From contig JAGOSC010000007.1 in NCBI GenBank assembly GCA_018062515.1, positions 1 to 56,864 of the forward strand: 56,864 nt of DNA. Direction: 5' to 3'. Below the pieces are notes generated by a model. It had not been told where the DNA came from, made no database searches, and saw only the letters and a program-made list of their open reading frames with translations. Source of the stretch: Candidatus Omnitrophota bacterium (GTDB taxonomy: Bacteria; Omnitrophota; Gorgyraeia; Zapsychrales; Zapsychraceae). The position numbers and the translations under genes were made by a program. Positions within the stretch are counted from its first letter, which is position 1; the number at the start of each line of letters is the position of its first letter. This document shows, piece by piece, positions 54,821 through 56,864 of the stretch.

Positions 54821-55732
54821 ATGAATCAAATCATTGATGCACATAGTCATTACATGCCGCCTGAGGTGGCACAGAATACAGCTTTTTTTAAACAAGGTTG
54901 GTCTGATGTCGGTAAGCAGCTTGAAATCATGGATCAGCATGGCATCGAAAAATCCCTCTTGTTATATCCCACCAGTGATGCTCATCTTAATATCGGCGGA
55001 TGGAATAAATTAGCCGAAATCTATAATCATAAAATCAGTGAAATTATTGCTAAATATCCGGATCGTTTTATCGGCGCTTGTGTCATTCCATTTAACGATC
55101 CTATGGGAAGAGATAGTATTTTAAAATCATTTCAGAATAATAATTTTAAAGTTCTTAGTTTGTCATCGAGTTGTGAAGGCGTTTATCTCGACGATGATTT
55201 CTTTAAACCCGTGTTTGAATATGCTCAAGCTAAGCATATTCCCATCCATGTTCACGCGCAAATTATGAATCCCATCGGGAGTGAGCGCGTCAATGACCCG
55301 TTATTGTCACCGGTATTAGAGTATGTTTTTGACGTTTCGATGTGTATCGGAAAGATGATGATGTCAGGGGTTTTTTTACAGTTTCCCGACGTGAAATTTA
55401 TCTTCCCGCATTACGGAGGAGTATTGCCGATTGTTAAAGAACGTTTTGATTCGACGTACGGGATGCTTAGAAAAAGAAACTTTGTTAAGGATCTCTCCAA
55501 ATCTCCGAGTGAATATTTTAAAAATTTGTATTTCGATACGAGCGGATCAAAATCCGTCGCCTCATTATTATGTGCATTAGAAGTTACGGATCCGTCTCAT
55601 CTTTTATTCGGCAGTGATTTTCCCGCCAATCAGAATATTTCCTCGTCGATAGATGTATTACAGCAGTCCAACCTCTCCAAGGATGATATTCACAAAATAC
55701 GTTACAGTAATATTTTAAGCCTACTGAATTAA
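54821..55732 (+). CDS. Amidohydrolase_2 (ACMSD-type metal-dependent hydrolase/decarboxylase) family protein
   Basis: IIDAHSHYMPPE N-terminal His-x-His, internal HVH, and C-terminal LFGSDFP (Asp ligand). 303 aa. Confidence 0.75.
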   Translation: MNQIIDAHSHYMPPEVAQNTAFFKQGWSDVGKQLEIMDQHGIEKSLLLYPTSDAHLNIGGWNKLAEIYNHKISEIIAKYPDRFIGACVIPFNDPMGRDSILKSFQNNNFKVLSLSSSCEGVYLDDDFFKPVFEYAQAKHIPIHVHAQIMNPIGSERVNDPLLSPVLEYVFDVSMCIGKMMMSGVFLQFPDVKFIFPHYGGVLPIVKERFDSTYGMLRKRNFVKDLSKSPSEYFKNLYFDTSGSKSVASLLCALEVTDPSHLLFGSDFPANQNISSSIDVLQQSNLSKDDIHKIRYSNILSLLN

Positions 55733-55885
55733 ATCATTTGCTTTTTTAAATGTTATCTGATATCTTAGGGCTCCTGTTTAGATATCCAATAAGGTTTTTT
55801 TGAGAAGTTTGTAAGTCGTTATTTCTGCCCAACTTTTGAGGTTTGTGAAAAATAAAAAAATTCATAAATTTCCTGAAAAAAGGGC

Positions 55886-55914
55886 TTGACAAAGAACATC
55901 TTCTCTTGTATATT
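55886..55914 (+). promoter_or_regulatory. rRNA operon promoter candidate (TTGACA-17 nt-TATATT) with an A-rich upstream region
   Basis: Consensus -35 at 55886-55891 and -10 at 55909-55914. The A-tract-rich sequence at 55850-55882 looks like an UP element. It lies about 115 nt upstream of the 16S 5' end. Confidence 0.55.
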
Positions 55915-56028
55915 TCTTTAACATTTCGAAACACATTGCACAGCATATAACTGTGTTTTTACCGATCTTTGATAATTTATTATCTCGTTAATACTTGAAA
56001 TTAATACCAAGACAAAAAAAGCCAAGTT

Positions 56029-56864
<836 letters not shown>

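Noticed and set aside
411-54940. Dozens of 60-130-aa ORFs in the track that lie antisense to, or out of frame within, well-supported genes. Examples: 411-644(-), 1673-1879(-), 2313-2558(+), 4934-5140(+), 21410-21706(-), 29172-29597(+), 37468-37851(-), 39297-39623(-), 42406-42708(-), 44128-44445(-), 53735-54022(-).
   Set aside because: Each is fully embedded in a longer ORF that has clear family motifs. They have no SD and show odd composition (Ile/Phe/Lys/Asn- or Ser/Arg-rich), which is expected from chance ORFs in AT-rich DNA.
55913-55926. boxA-like antiterminator sequence (TTCTTTAACATTT) in the rRNA leader.
   Set aside because: It overlaps the predicted transcription start, so it would be only partly transcribed. 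The match to GCTCTTTAACAA is partial and is expected by chance in AT-rich DNA.
55746-55946. 66-aa minus-strand ORF between the amidohydrolase gene and the 16S gene.
   Set aside because: It overlaps the rRNA promoter/UP-like region, has no SD and has low-complexity composition.

Overview
This is a 56.9-kb stretch of an AT-rich bacterial chromosome. It ends in the first ~835 nt of a 16S rRNA gene with PVC-superphylum-like signatures; the exact lineage needs a database search. There are about 70 genes, and all but one (rpmB) are on the + strand. They are tightly packed and many have overlapping stop/start codons.

nt 1-38,350 looks like ordinary housekeeping:
- trpBA, argS, recJ, rsfS, rpmB, pepF, fbaB, gpmA, a short pyk, hflKC, prmA, arfB, moaC, thyA-folA, GH57 plus malQ, and hldD
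- two c-di-GMP enzymes (PAS-GGDEF and REC-EAL)
- peptidases and several exported or lipoprotein hypotheticals

nt 38,350-55,730 is different. Behind a PadR regulator and a sigma70-type promoter carrying a perfect 16-bp palindrome lies a ~17-kb co-directional accessory block:
- an AMP-dependent acyl-CoA ligase
- a 'DHAP-shunt'-like deoxyribose/methylthioribose module: two tandem NP-I phosphorylase paralogues, an MtnA-like isomerase, a truncated degenerate eIF2B-like paralogue, a class II aldolase fused to SCP2, and an aldehyde dehydrogenase
- a B12-binding radical SAM enzyme with a small PCP_red-like partner
- a PanE-like reductase
- a type II PKS-like set: KS-alpha, a CLF-like subunit with Arg at the active-site position, ACP, a PF04199-type cyclase, an SRPBCC cyclase-like protein, an SDR ketoreductase, a PC4-like protein and an amidohydrolase_2

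This block is my candidate for an undescribed biosynthetic system. I saw no CRISPR array, tRNA, transposase or integrase. All family calls come from motif recognition by eye. No searches were run.
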